DNA of 62,460 bases from Salinivirgaceae bacterium (GTDB taxonomy: Bacteria > Bacteroidota > Bacteroidia > Bacteroidales > SZUA-534): contig JAKSOL010000016.1 of NCBI GenBank assembly GCA_024405635.1, forward strand, positions 1-62,460, read 5' to 3'. This document shows positions 1 through 10,103 of the stretch, piece after piece. The notes under the pieces are model-generated. The model saw only the letters and a program-made list of their open reading frames with translations. It had not been told where the DNA came from and ran no database searches. How positions within the stretch are numbered: position 1 is the first letter of the stretch; the number at the start of each line of letters is the position of its first letter. A program made the position numbers and the translations under genes.

Positions 1-182
1 ATACAAAATCAAATTATAGAAGAAAAGGTATTTCTAAGCGAATGGTTGAAATGCTTATTGATGAAGCAAAAGAAAAAGGTGTTACCGAGATTAGTTTGGA
101 TGCAACAGAAATGGGGAGACCATTATATGAGGCATTAGGTTTTGAGAAAAATTGTGCTGGGATGGTACTAGAATTAAGATAG
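1..182 (+). CDS. GNAT family N-acetyltransferase, C-terminal part (5' end outside window)
   Basis: Frame 3 reads ...NYRRKGISKRMVEMLIDEAKEKGVTEISLDATEMGRPLYEALGF...*: acetyl-CoA motif R-x-x-G and 'LY..LGF'. Not in the ORF track. Confidence 0.8.
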   Translation, partial: TKSNYRRKGISKRMVEMLIDEAKEKGVTEISLDATEMGRPLYEALGFEKNCAGMVLELR

Positions 183-220
183 GAAACTCCTATTTTTAGT
201 GTTAGAAGGGAAATTGTAAA

Positions 221-625
221 ATGAGTATAGAATATAAAGAAATTCACGAATTTGAAGCTGAACAATTGAAGGACTTATTTCTTTCTGTTGAATGGTCATC
301 AGGTCATTATCCAGATAAGTTAGTAGTAGCAATGAAAAATTTCCAGACTGTGTATTCTGCATGGGAAGGGGAAAAACTTGTAGGAATGATTTGTGCTATG
401 GATGATGGAATTATGAATGCATATGTTCATTATTTGTTAGTAAATCCACAATATCATGGAAACACGATAGGAAGAACATTGGTAGCTATGATGAAAGAAC
501 ATTATAAAGATTATCTGAGAGTAGCAGTTATTGCATATGATAACGAATTACATTTTTATGAACAATGTGGATTTGTAAAAAGTAATGATGCATCACCAAT
601 GTTTATTACATCATTATGGACATAA
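221..625 (+). CDS. GNAT family N-acetyltransferase
   Basis: LLVNPQYHGNTIGRTL and FYEQCGF motifs; SD-like AGAAGGGA at 204-211. Confidence 0.85.
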   Translation: MSIEYKEIHEFEAEQLKDLFLSVEWSSGHYPDKLVVAMKNFQTVYSAWEGEKLVGMICAMDDGIMNAYVHYLLVNPQYHGNTIGRTLVAMMKEHYKDYLRVAVIAYDNELHFYEQCGFVKSNDASPMFITSLWT

Positions 626-889
626 ATTCAGATTTTGCTGTTTTAGTTTTACATAATGCTCAAACTCAGACAAGCAAAACGACTATGCGCTAATTTGCTG
701 ATTCAATGCATATTACCATTGATTTGCAATTAAAAAAATTTAATCAAATCGGGAATTTTTAGCAAAATTTCTTCATTTTTTCGTTTCTGTTTACGTCCAT
801 AACAAAAGTCAAATTATGTTTGTTTTAAACTATCAATTACTCAAACCTCACTTCAACAAATAACATCATAAAACTTTCAGTTCAAAAGC

Positions 890-897
890 TACCTTTG
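890..897 (+). promoter_or_regulatory. Bacteroidetes -7 promoter element (TACCTTTG)
   Basis: Matches TAnnTTTG, 4 nt before the ATG at 902. Confidence 0.55.
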
Positions 898-901
898 CTA
901 T

Positions 902-1444
902 ATGCAAATCACCATAAAACCAATAGTACCAAACGACCAATTGTGGCAGCCTTTCATCGGTTTATACTGCTCTGCTTTTCCCGAAAATGAGCGCCGCGAC
1001 ATAAATCGCCTTGCCGAAATGACAAATTCTACAAATTTGATGCATGTAAATGCCATAATGCAAAACCAATTATTTGTAGGATTATTGGTTTATTGGACGT
1101 TTGACTCGTTCAACTATCTTGAACATTTTGCCATATTGCCCACCCATAGAGGTAAGGGCTTAGGCACAGCCGCTATTAAGGAACTAACTACCGAAAAACA
1201 GTTTTGGCTACTTGAAGTAGAACCCGACGAAACAGAACTTACACATCGCCGTATTCAGTTTTACAACAGAAATGGGTTTCAGGTACTTGACCGTACATAT
1301 ATACAACCAACTTATAACGGCAACCCTAACAACCAAGTTCCGCTATGGATAATGGGAAATAAACAAGCCCACGACGTTAGCAAAGAGATTGAAACAATAA
1401 AAAGCAATGTTTACGGCATACAATCAGCAATTGCTGTTTTGTAG
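902..1444 (+). CDS. GNAT family N-acetyltransferase
   Basis: YLEHFAILPTHRGKGLG, LLEVE and RRIQFYNRNGF motifs. Confidence 0.85.
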   Translation: MQITIKPIVPNDQLWQPFIGLYCSAFPENERRDINRLAEMTNSTNLMHVNAIMQNQLFVGLLVYWTFDSFNYLEHFAILPTHRGKGLGTAAIKELTTEKQFWLLEVEPDETELTHRRIQFYNRNGFQVLDRTYIQPTYNGNPNNQVPLWIMGNKQAHDVSKEIETIKSNVYGIQSAIAVL

Positions 1445-2055
1445 AATTTACGGCGTTGTTCAATCGACACATCAAATTTTCGGAACGAATGGTTGCGCAA
1501 GTCGCAGGCAAAGAACTCGTTGCTTTGCGATATGTAAAGATACTTATACACCATTTTGTTGGTTGATTGCAACTCAGCAGTATATTCTATAGCTCGCCAA
1601 ATGTCGTCGTGTGACAATTGCTCTTTTGAGAACACAAACAAGCCAAACTCCTTCATCTGACCATAAAAGCCATCGCCTACTTTACGCACTTTGCTCTCAA
1701 TAATACGTTGAAGTGGCAATGCCAAAGCCCAATAATCGTACTCAAACCGGCCAACAAACCTATTATCCAAGCCATAGTTGTAACCATAGGTTATTATGTC
1801 GTTTCGGTCTGAAAACGAAACCTCAACAACTGCGTCGCCAGCCATGTCGTTAATCATAGCATTAGCCACTTTTTTGCTCTCGTGCATAGCGCGAGTAACT
1901 TCTATACCCAAACCAAGAGCATCGTCTTGCAAGTCGGGCCTATCGCGGTTAACCAAATTAGCATAGCGAGGACCGAGAAACTCCACAAGTTCGGCTTTAG
2001 CATAACGCTCAAAGAAACATGTATCGAATTTTGGTTTTTCGTGTTGGGTTGTCAT
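1411..2055 (-). CDS. hypothetical protein, possible PD-(D/E)xK nuclease-like fold
   Basis: 214-aa ORF with DRPDL...GLGIEVT motif; 3' end overlaps the convergent GNAT gene. Confidence 0.6.
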   Translation of the reverse strand: MTTQHEKPKFDTCFFERYAKAELVEFLGPRYANLVNRDRPDLQDDALGLGIEVTRAMHESKKVANAMINDMAGDAVVEVSFSDRNDIITYGYNYGLDNRFVGRFEYDYWALALPLQRIIESKVRKVGDGFYGQMKEFGLFVFSKEQLSHDDIWRAIEYTAELQSTNKMVYKYLYISQSNEFFACDLRNHSFRKFDVSIEQRRKFYKTAIADCMP

Positions 2056-2291
2056 TGTTAATATAGTGAGTTGAATGCTAAACTATAAAAAATCAACAAT
2101 TAAGCGTCATAAAACGCAAAACCTTTAAATAACGCAGTTAAAAGCGGCATCGGCCTAGTTTTTTGACCTTTCAGTTCTACCTTTTTTTAGTATTTTCGCA
2201 CGTTTAGTGTAGTATTAACAATCACACAGGAAACACAACTCAACACACTGATTAACAGTTAAATGAAACCACAAAACGCAACCAATATACA

Positions 2292-4304
2292 ATGAAACGA
2301 CCAATAACACTGCTTGCTTTTTTTGCACTTGTATTAAGCACTTTTGCGCAGCAAAACATCGGCAACGTATTGTTTACCATTGATAACGAGCCAGTAACAA
2401 CCGACGAATTTAAACGCATCTACTCAAAAAACACTACTGATGTAGCCTACGATTCTGCATCGGTTTACCAATACCTTGACTTATTTGTGAACTACAAACT
2501 TAAGGTAGCCGAAGCTAAAAAATTAAAATACGATACCCTACCCGATTTTCTTCATGAATTAGCGGGCTACCGTGCCCAACTATCAAAGCCATATTTTACC
2601 GACCCAACTGTTGACGATTCGCTTTACTACGAAGCTTACGACCATATGCACTGGGACGTTGAAGCATCGCACATTCTTATAGCATGCAACGAAGACGCAG
2701 CTCCAGCCGACACGCTAAAAGCATACCAAAAAGCACTTAAAGTTCGCAAAGAAGCTATGGCCAAAGGGGCCGACTTTAACAAATTGGCTCGCAAGTATTC
2801 CGACGATCCATCGGTTGAAATAAATGGTGGATATTTGGGATACTTCACCGCCTTTTCAATGGTATATCCGTTTGAAAAAACAGCCTATGCTACTCAACCG
2901 GGGCAAGTATCAGACATTTGTCGTACCGCATTTGGCTATCACGTTATAAAAGTAACAGGTAAACGTCCAAATCCTGGCAAGTTCAAAGTAGCACATATTC
3001 TTGTACGCGTATCGTCATCGGCAGCAGAAAATGTTCAAAAAGCCAAACTTGACCGTGCCCAAATGATATACGACTCACTTGTCAGCGGAGCATCATGGAA
3101 TAATATGGTACTTAATTATACCGACGATCGTTCATCGGTAAACACCAACGGCGTTATTGATAGCTATTTTACCACAGGCCGAATGGTTCCAGAATTTGAG
3201 CAAGCTGCATTTAAACTTCAAAACAGAGGCGATTTTTCGCGACCAATCCGTACCAATTATGGTTGGCACATTGTTCGCCTTGAGGACAAAAAACAAAATG
3301 GTGCATTTGAACAAGAACTACCTAGCATTAAGAAACTCATGTCGAAAGATGCTAGAAAAGATATGGCACAAAGTCGTGTAATTAGCAAACTTAAGAAGGA
3401 ATATAATTTTACTGAAGACCGACAAACAATGCTTGAATTCACCAAATTGGTTGACTCGACCGTATTTGATGGCGCATGGGATATTGCTAAAGCAACTGGC
3501 AAGAACAAGGTGATTTTTAGTTTCGATACCGTTAAATACACACAAAGCCAATTTGCTCAACATTTTGCAAACCGCAAAGCACAGCGTAACAATGTAAATG
3601 TTCCAATAGCAGTGTTTGTTGAACGCGAATACAACCAGATAGTCAACAACGCCATTATTCAATTTGAAAATTTGCATCTTGAAGAAAAATACACCGATTT
3701 TAAAAACCTATTCACCGAGTATTACGACGGTATTTTGCTATTCAACATAACCGATAAAAATGTGTGGAGTCGCGCCAATACCGATAGTGTGGGGCTTAAC
3801 AAATTTTATCAAGCCAACAAAGACCGATACATGTGGCCCGAACGAGTTAACGTATTATGCTACCGCATTGACAAAAACAAACTACAAGGTAGCAACATAA
3901 CAAACGACAAAGCGGTACAAACAATAACAAAAGCCATAGCAAAAGCTGCAAAAAAGAACAATGATTTTAACGCTGCTATTTCAAATGCTACCGCTAAATG
4001 GAAACTAAGCCAACCATTGACAGAAAAAATGAACATTAGCAAATATCGCAAAGGCGAAAACGTTGAGATTGACGATATAAAATGGATTGCAGGATCCTCA
4101 AAAATTGTAGAGCATGCCAATAGCACATATATATATTATGTGCTTGATAATATAGCTCCAGAAACAAAAAAACTAAACGAATGTCGCGGCTTAGTTGTAG
4201 CTGACTATCAAGAATATCTTGAAAAAGAATGGCTTGCAGAACTGCATAGCAAACACAATATACAAATAAACGACAGCGTTGTTAAATCGCTTATAACAAA
4301 ATGA
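2292..4304 (+). CDS. periplasmic peptidyl-prolyl isomerase (SurA/PpiD-like, two parvulin domains)
   Basis: Signal peptide; ASHILI, LARKYSDD, GGYLG, FGYHVIK and a second VAHIL...YGWHIVRL rotamase domain. Confidence 0.9.
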   Translation: MKRPITLLAFFALVLSTFAQQNIGNVLFTIDNEPVTTDEFKRIYSKNTTDVAYDSASVYQYLDLFVNYKLKVAEAKKLKYDTLPDFLHELAGYRAQLSKPYFTDPTVDDSLYYEAYDHMHWDVEASHILIACNEDAAPADTLKAYQKALKVRKEAMAKGADFNKLARKYSDDPSVEINGGYLGYFTAFSMVYPFEKTAYATQPGQVSDICRTAFGYHVIKVTGKRPNPGKFKVAHILVRVSSSAAENVQKAKLDRAQMIYDSLVSGASWNNMVLNYTDDRSSVNTNGVIDSYFTTGRMVPEFEQAAFKLQNRGDFSRPIRTNYGWHIVRLEDKKQNGAFEQELPSIKKLMSKDARKDMAQSRVISKLKKEYNFTEDRQTMLEFTKLVDSTVFDGAWDIAKATGKNKVIFSFDTVKYTQSQFAQHFANRKAQRNNVNVPIAVFVEREYNQIVNNAIIQFENLHLEEKYTDFKNLFTEYYDGILLFNITDKNVWSRANTDSVGLNKFYQANKDRYMWPERVNVLCYRIDKNKLQGSNITNDKAVQTITKAIAKAAKKNNDFNAAISNATAKWKLSQPLTEKMNISKYRKGENVEIDDIKWIAGSSKIVEHANSTYIYYVLDNIAPETKKLNECRGLVVADYQEYLEKEWLAELHSKHNIQINDSVVKSLITK

Positions 4305-5158
4305 TAATGAACAAGTTGATATATATATCCACAATCTACTTGCTTTTAACTTTAACTAGTTGCACACAGCAAAACACCCAAGGTATAGTGCTTGCCGAAT
4401 CAAGCGGAAAAGCACTATATTTAAACGATGTTGACATACCCGAACAACTATCGGGCAACGATAGCATATTATACATTCAAAACTACGTTGACAACTGGAT
4501 TCATCGCCAAGTTGTTCTTGAAAAAGCCGAAGAAAACATTGACAAGCAAAGTTTGCACGCTATGGACAAAATGGTTGACGACTACCGTCGATCGCTTATG
4601 GTGTACAAATACTACCAAATGTACATAACTCAAAAGCTTGATACTTTTATTCTCGACTCTGAAATAACAAACCACTATAACCGATACGGCAACAACTTTA
4701 TACTAAACAACAATGCCATACGAGCTATATTTGTTCAAGTGCCCAAGAGTTTACCAGACGGCGACAAATTACGCCAACTTATTCGCAGCGACCGCGAAAA
4801 AGACATGATTGAACTTGAAGAAATATGCTACAAAAGTGCACGCACATTCAACGCTGGTAATAATTGGGAATATGCCGACGAGTCGATAAAACAACTTCCA
4901 GAAGGCACAATAACCAACACCGAAAAATTTCTGCAATCGTCAAAAAAATATGTTGAAGCACAAGACTCAATATACAACTACCTATATCGCATAATTGAAG
5001 TACGATTTATTGGCGAGCAATCGCCACTAGAACTATCACGCAACAAAGTGAAAGAGATAATACTCAACCACCGCAAAAACAAACTAATAAAAGAACTTGA
5101 CAACCAAATATATATTGATGCAGTTAACAAAAATAAGTTCACAAACTATGTTAAATAG
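4301..5158 (+). CDS. PPIase-associated lipoprotein
   Basis: Lipobox LTSC; lies between two PPIase genes as in the conserved Bacteroidetes arrangement. Confidence 0.7.
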   Translation: MIMNKLIYISTIYLLLTLTSCTQQNTQGIVLAESSGKALYLNDVDIPEQLSGNDSILYIQNYVDNWIHRQVVLEKAEENIDKQSLHAMDKMVDDYRRSLMVYKYYQMYITQKLDTFILDSEITNHYNRYGNNFILNNNAIRAIFVQVPKSLPDGDKLRQLIRSDREKDMIELEEICYKSARTFNAGNNWEYADESIKQLPEGTITNTEKFLQSSKKYVEAQDSIYNYLYRIIEVRFIGEQSPLELSRNKVKEIILNHRKNKLIKELDNQIYIDAVNKNKFTNYVK

Positions 5159-5168
5159 ACAAGCATAT

Positions 5169-6521
5169 ATGAAAAAACACATTGTGGCCCTAATAATTGC
5201 CGCCACATCAGCAATAAGCACATCGGCACAAAACGACAGCATAATACTCGACAAGATTATGGCAGTAATTGGCCGCCAAGCAGTAATGTATAGCGACATT
5301 GAAAACCAATTTGCTCAAATGAAACAGCAAGGTTACTATGTAACCAATGATGCACGTTGCGAAATACTAGAGCAAGCCATGTACACCAAACTGCTAGTAC
5401 ACAAAGCATGGGTTGATACTGTTGAAGTATCGGATGCCGAAGTAAATAACGAACTTGAATACCGAATTAACTACTACGCTAACCAAATTGGCAGCATTGA
5501 AAAACTTGAAGAGTACTACGGCAAAAGCATAAGCGAAATTCGCGAAGAATATAGCGAGACCATTAGAGAGCAAAAAACCGCCGAGCGCATGCAACAAACC
5601 ATTGGAGCTGATGTTTCAGTTACACCACAAGATGTACGCAACTATTACAAATCGATACCAAGCGATAGCCTTCCAATTATAAACACCGAATTTGAACTAG
5701 AGCAACTTGCCATTTTTCCAAAAGTGCAAGAGTCTGAAGTTCTTCGCATAAAAGACCGTTTACGTGAATTTAAAAATCGAGTAGCAAACGGCGAGAGTTT
5801 TGCAACATTAGCTGTACTCTACTCCGAAGACCGAGGTTCGGCAATGCGAGGTGGCGAGCTTGGCTTTATGAGCCGCGGAGACTTAGTTGCCGAATTTTCA
5901 GCAGTAGCATTCAGCCTAGAACCAAACGAAGTTTCAAAGGTTGTAAAAACCGAATATGGATACCACATCATTCAAATGATTGAAAAGAAAGGCGAACGAA
6001 TGAACTGCCGCCACATTTTAATGAAACCACAAATAAGCTACACCGAGCGACAAAATACAATGAACTTGCTCGACTCAATCAAAAACCTTATTGACACAAA
6101 AGAAGTAACATTTAAGGAAGCTTGTTGGAAATTCTCTGACGACGAAGACACACGACTAAACGGTGGTGTTATGGTAAACAACGCAACCGGAACTTCACGT
6201 TTTGAGGCCGAACAACTCGACCCTAAAGTAGCAACCGCCATTCGCAACCTTGAAGTTGGGCAAGTATCAAAACCATTTGAAACCGAAGACGAACAAGGTC
6301 GCACAGTTTGCAAAATAGTGTTACTGCGCAACAAAACAGCACCACACAAAGCATCACTAGGCATTGACTACCAACGCTTACAAGACATGGCTTTGGCTAA
6401 AAAACGCGAGGACTATATGAAAGAATGGATTGAGCAAACCATTAACGAAACATACATTCGCATCGATCCCGAATACAAAAACTGCAACTTCAGCATCAAA
6501 GCTTGGAAATACGTTGAATAA
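5169..6521 (+). CDS. surA: SurA peptidyl-prolyl isomerase / outer-membrane protein chaperone
   Basis: Signal peptide from MKKHIVALII; N-domain LDKIMAVIG; FATLAVLYSED..SA.RGGELG and YGYHIIQ parvulin motifs. Confidence 0.85.
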   Translation: MKKHIVALIIAATSAISTSAQNDSIILDKIMAVIGRQAVMYSDIENQFAQMKQQGYYVTNDARCEILEQAMYTKLLVHKAWVDTVEVSDAEVNNELEYRINYYANQIGSIEKLEEYYGKSISEIREEYSETIREQKTAERMQQTIGADVSVTPQDVRNYYKSIPSDSLPIINTEFELEQLAIFPKVQESEVLRIKDRLREFKNRVANGESFATLAVLYSEDRGSAMRGGELGFMSRGDLVAEFSAVAFSLEPNEVSKVVKTEYGYHIIQMIEKKGERMNCRHILMKPQISYTERQNTMNLLDSIKNLIDTKEVTFKEACWKFSDDEDTRLNGGVMVNNATGTSRFEAEQLDPKVATAIRNLEVGQVSKPFETEDEQGRTVCKIVLLRNKTAPHKASLGIDYQRLQDMALAKKREDYMKEWIEQTINETYIRIDPEYKNCNFSIKAWKYVE

Positions 6522-7504
6522 TGATACATTTTGCTACCGATACCGAAGCTGCTGACGCACTGCACAGTTCATATAACAAGGTGCTTGCCGAAGTTAAAAA
6601 AGTGATTATTGGACAAGACTCAGTAATCAGCAACACCCTTATCTCCATTATAAGCGGTGGCCATTGTTTGCTAGTAGGAGTCCCCGGATTAGCTAAAACC
6701 CTGTTAGTTAATACAATATCCGATGCTCTAGGATTACAATATAGCCGCATTCAATTTACGCCAGACTTGATGCCATCGGACATAATAGGCAGCGAAATAC
6801 TTAACGAACAACGCGATTTTAAGTTCATAAAAGGACCTGTGTTTGCAAACATTGTGTTAGCCGATGAGATTAACCGCACTCCGCCCAAAACACAATCGGC
6901 TTTGCTTGAGGCCATGCAAGAAAAAATAGTAACAGCATCGGGCATCAGCTACAAACTACCCGACCCGTTTTTTGTTCTTGCAACACAAAACCCAATTGAG
7001 CAAGAAGGAACATACCCGTTACCAGAAGCTCAGTTAGACCGATTTATGTTTATGATTCAGTTGAACTACCCATCGTTCAACGATGAGATAGACATCGTTA
7101 GTCAAACCACATCAAACATAACACAAAAGGCAACAGCTGTTTTATCTGCCGAGGAGTTAACTTATTTTCAGCAACTTGTGCGCCGTGTCCCCGCAAACCA
7201 CAATGTGGTAAAATATGCAGTAAGCATTGTATCGGCCACACGCCCCGACAACGAATTAGCTACAGAACAAACCAAACAATATATTACTTGGGGAGCAGGA
7301 CCAAGAGCATCACAATACCTGATTTTGGGAGCAAAAGCCCACGCATTAGTCAACGGAAAATACTCGCCCGATATTGAAGACGTGCAAGCAGTGGCAGTAA
7401 ACGTACTGCGCCACCGCATTGTACGCAACTACAAAGCAGAAGCAAATGGCATAAGCGAGCAAGACATTATAAACCAAATAGTAAAGGACACAAAATGGTT
7501 CTAA
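6521..7504 (+). CDS. moxR: MoxR family AAA+ ATPase
   Basis: GVPGLAKT Walker A, RIQFTPDLMPSDI, LADEINR, ATQNPIEQEGTYPLPEAQLDRF. Confidence 0.95.
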   Translation: MIHFATDTEAADALHSSYNKVLAEVKKVIIGQDSVISNTLISIISGGHCLLVGVPGLAKTLLVNTISDALGLQYSRIQFTPDLMPSDIIGSEILNEQRDFKFIKGPVFANIVLADEINRTPPKTQSALLEAMQEKIVTASGISYKLPDPFFVLATQNPIEQEGTYPLPEAQLDRFMFMIQLNYPSFNDEIDIVSQTTSNITQKATAVLSAEELTYFQQLVRRVPANHNVVKYAVSIVSATRPDNELATEQTKQYITWGAGPRASQYLILGAKAHALVNGKYSPDIEDVQAVAVNVLRHRIVRNYKAEANGISEQDIINQIVKDTKWF

Positions 7505-9069
7505 ACCGCATAAAACTATTTTTCAGCACATTAGCACTATTACTTGCCACAGCAAACATAGCTTTAGCACAACAAAAGGTGACCAAAGTAGAATTGTTGC
7601 GAGCAAAAACCATTAAGTCAAACTCAAACATTGCCAATGGCGCTCGCCGATTGATTGGCAACGTTGCTTTCCGCCAAGAAACTGCCATAATGGAGTGCGA
7701 CAGCGCATACTTTTATGCTGACCGCAACGCATTTGACGCATTTGGACATGTTCATCTATATAAAGAAAACGACAACAATGTAGAGGTAAAAGCCGACTAC
7801 CTACATCACGATGGTAACAAAAAAATAGCACAATTTCGAAACCACGTTGTGCTACGCGATAGCCAAATTGTGATGACAACCGACTCGCTTGACTATGACA
7901 CTTTTAACGACATTGGCTACTACGACCATTCTGCCACTATTGTTGATAGCGCCACCACACTAAAGAGCATCAAAGGATACTACTATAACAAGCGCAACGA
8001 GGTTTATTTTTGGAACAAAGTTGAAATTGACCACAATTTGGGCGAATACCAAATGTTTACCGACACACTGCTTTACAACACCGAAAGCAAAATCGCAACC
8101 TTTTTTGGCCCTACCCACTTCTACAACGATACAAACTACATGTATGCTCGCTACGGGTGGTATAATACCGACAACGAAACAGCCATGTTCAAACACGATG
8201 CATTGTTCCGAAACCCACACCAAACAGTAACCTGCGACAGTATGGGATTTAATCGTACCGACGAAAGTGGCCGCGCCATGTCAAATGTTGTTGCAGTTGA
8301 CTCGTCGCAAAATGTAAAAATAACAGGACACTACGTTGAAATGCACAAAGAGCCTGAGCTATTAATAGTTACCGATAGCGCCTTAGTAATTTACATTATG
8401 GAGGGCGATTCACTATTTATACACGCCGATACGCTCCAAATGGAAAAAGACACAAACGATATTCGTTCAGTACGAGCCTTTAACCACGTTAGAGCCTTCA
8501 AATCGGATTTACAATTCCAAACCGACTCAATATTTTTCTCACTTCGCGATAGTATTGCCCAATTCCACGGCTCTCCCATTTTTTGGGTACAAGGCAACCA
8601 AGTATCGGCAACATACATTGAAGCATACATAAAAAACAACGAACTTGAAAATTTCAAATTATTCCGAATGGGTTTTATGGTTTCGCCACAAGACGAAACT
8701 CACTATAACCAAATAAAAGGAAGGGAAATGACAGGATATATGCGCAACAATGCGTTATATAAACTTGAAGTTCACCAAGACAGTCGAACACTATATTTCC
8801 CAACCGACCAAGGCGAAATAGTGGGTATGAACAAAGGCGAAAGTTCAAGTATGACAATAAACCTACGCAACAACAAAATATCGCGCATAACATACAAGAG
8901 CGACCCTGTATCAAACACCTATCCATTAGAAAAGGTTAAAGAAAATGAGATGAAATTACAGGGATTTCGTTGGCTTGACGAGCATCGTCCCAAAAAGCCA
9001 ACCGATGTATTTGTTTGGCCCAACATTGAACCTATGCCAACCTCAACACGCAGAAATAGCAACTACTAA
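7495..9069 (+). CDS. OstA/LptA-like beta-jellyroll LPS transport protein
   Basis: Signal peptide; repeated 'CDSAYFY/TDSLDY/TDTLLY/DSIFF' strands; usual surA-moxR neighbourhood. Confidence 0.8.
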   Translation: MVLNRIKLFFSTLALLLATANIALAQQKVTKVELLRAKTIKSNSNIANGARRLIGNVAFRQETAIMECDSAYFYADRNAFDAFGHVHLYKENDNNVEVKADYLHHDGNKKIAQFRNHVVLRDSQIVMTTDSLDYDTFNDIGYYDHSATIVDSATTLKSIKGYYYNKRNEVYFWNKVEIDHNLGEYQMFTDTLLYNTESKIATFFGPTHFYNDTNYMYARYGWYNTDNETAMFKHDALFRNPHQTVTCDSMGFNRTDESGRAMSNVVAVDSSQNVKITGHYVEMHKEPELLIVTDSALVIYIMEGDSLFIHADTLQMEKDTNDIRSVRAFNHVRAFKSDLQFQTDSIFFSLRDSIAQFHGSPIFWVQGNQVSATYIEAYIKNNELENFKLFRMGFMVSPQDETHYNQIKGREMTGYMRNNALYKLEVHQDSRTLYFPTDQGEIVGMNKGESSSMTINLRNNKISRITYKSDPVSNTYPLEKVKENEMKLQGFRWLDEHRPKKPTDVFVWPNIEPMPTSTRRNSNY

Positions 9070-10103
9070 TTGGCAAAATCAATCATACGCGAACGCTTTT
9101 GCCATTTATCTTTTGCCAATTGACGCATATCGATTTGGGTATCAGACTCGTCGGTAATTTCAAGGCCAAGCATTGTTTCAACCACATCTTCCATGGTTAC
9201 AATGCCTTCCATTCCTCCATATTCATCAATCACAACAGCAATTTGCTCCTTTTTGGTGATAAGTAGGTTATAGAACCGCAAAACTGTAGCATTCTCGTAA
9301 CAATTCACAATTGGACGACGAATGTTTTTCAATCGCAAATGGCTCTTATCGTTTGCAAGATTGAGCAAGATATCGCTCTTTAACACAAAACCAGTAATAT
9401 CGTCAATCGAATCTTTGTAAACAGGAATGCGCGAATACTTCAAAAAATCTTTGTTTTTGAAAAAAGCCTCAAGCGTCATATTCTCTGGAGCAGCAAGCAC
9501 AACTGTTCTTGGTGTCATTATTCGCTTAACCTTAACCGAATTCATTTTAACCAAATTGTTGATAATCAAACCCTCGCTCGATTCAAACACACCTTCTTTT
9601 TCACCAATATTGGCTAAAGCAACAAACTCTTCGCGACTAACGGTTTGTGTTTGCTTACGCGAAAATAGTTTAGTTAAACCTTCGGCCATAATCACAAGCG
9701 GATACAACACATAAACCAAACCTTGAATTGCGTAAGCCATTGGTACACACAAATTTCGCCAATAATTTGCTCCAATTGTTTTGGGAATTATCTCCGAGAA
9801 AATAAGAATCAATATTGTAAGCAAAGCCGAAGCCAAGCCAAAGTACTCGTTGCCAAACACCTCAACAACTTGAGCGCCCACACCAGCTGCACCTGCCGTA
9901 TTTGCAATAGTATTGAGCGACAAAATTGCACCCAACGGACGATCAACATTTTCTTTCAACCTTTTAAGTATTTGTCCACCACGACTTTTTGGGGCTATAG
10001 ATTCAATATACGAAATGGTTGACGAAAGGATAACCGACTCAGATATTGAGCAGAAAAAAGAAACAAAGAGTGCAAGAAAAAGATAAAAGAAAAGTGTAGC
10101 CAT
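9066..10103 (-). CDS. CNNM (DUF21)-CBS domain hemolysin/CorC-family protein
   Basis: SFFCSISES, ILSLNTIAN, SEIIPKT, IMTPR, YSRIPVY, VIDEYGG..GIVTMED. Confidence 0.9.
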   Translation of the reverse strand: MATLFFYLFLALFVSFFCSISESVILSSTISYIESIAPKSRGGQILKRLKENVDRPLGAILSLNTIANTAGAAGVGAQVVEVFGNEYFGLASALLTILILIFSEIIPKTIGANYWRNLCVPMAYAIQGLVYVLYPLVIMAEGLTKLFSRKQTQTVSREEFVALANIGEKEGVFESSEGLIINNLVKMNSVKVKRIMTPRTVVLAAPENMTLEAFFKNKDFLKYSRIPVYKDSIDDITGFVLKSDILLNLANDKSHLRLKNIRRPIVNCYENATVLRFYNLLITKKEQIAVVIDEYGGMEGIVTMEDVVETMLGLEITDESDTQIDMRQLAKDKWQKRSRMIDFAN

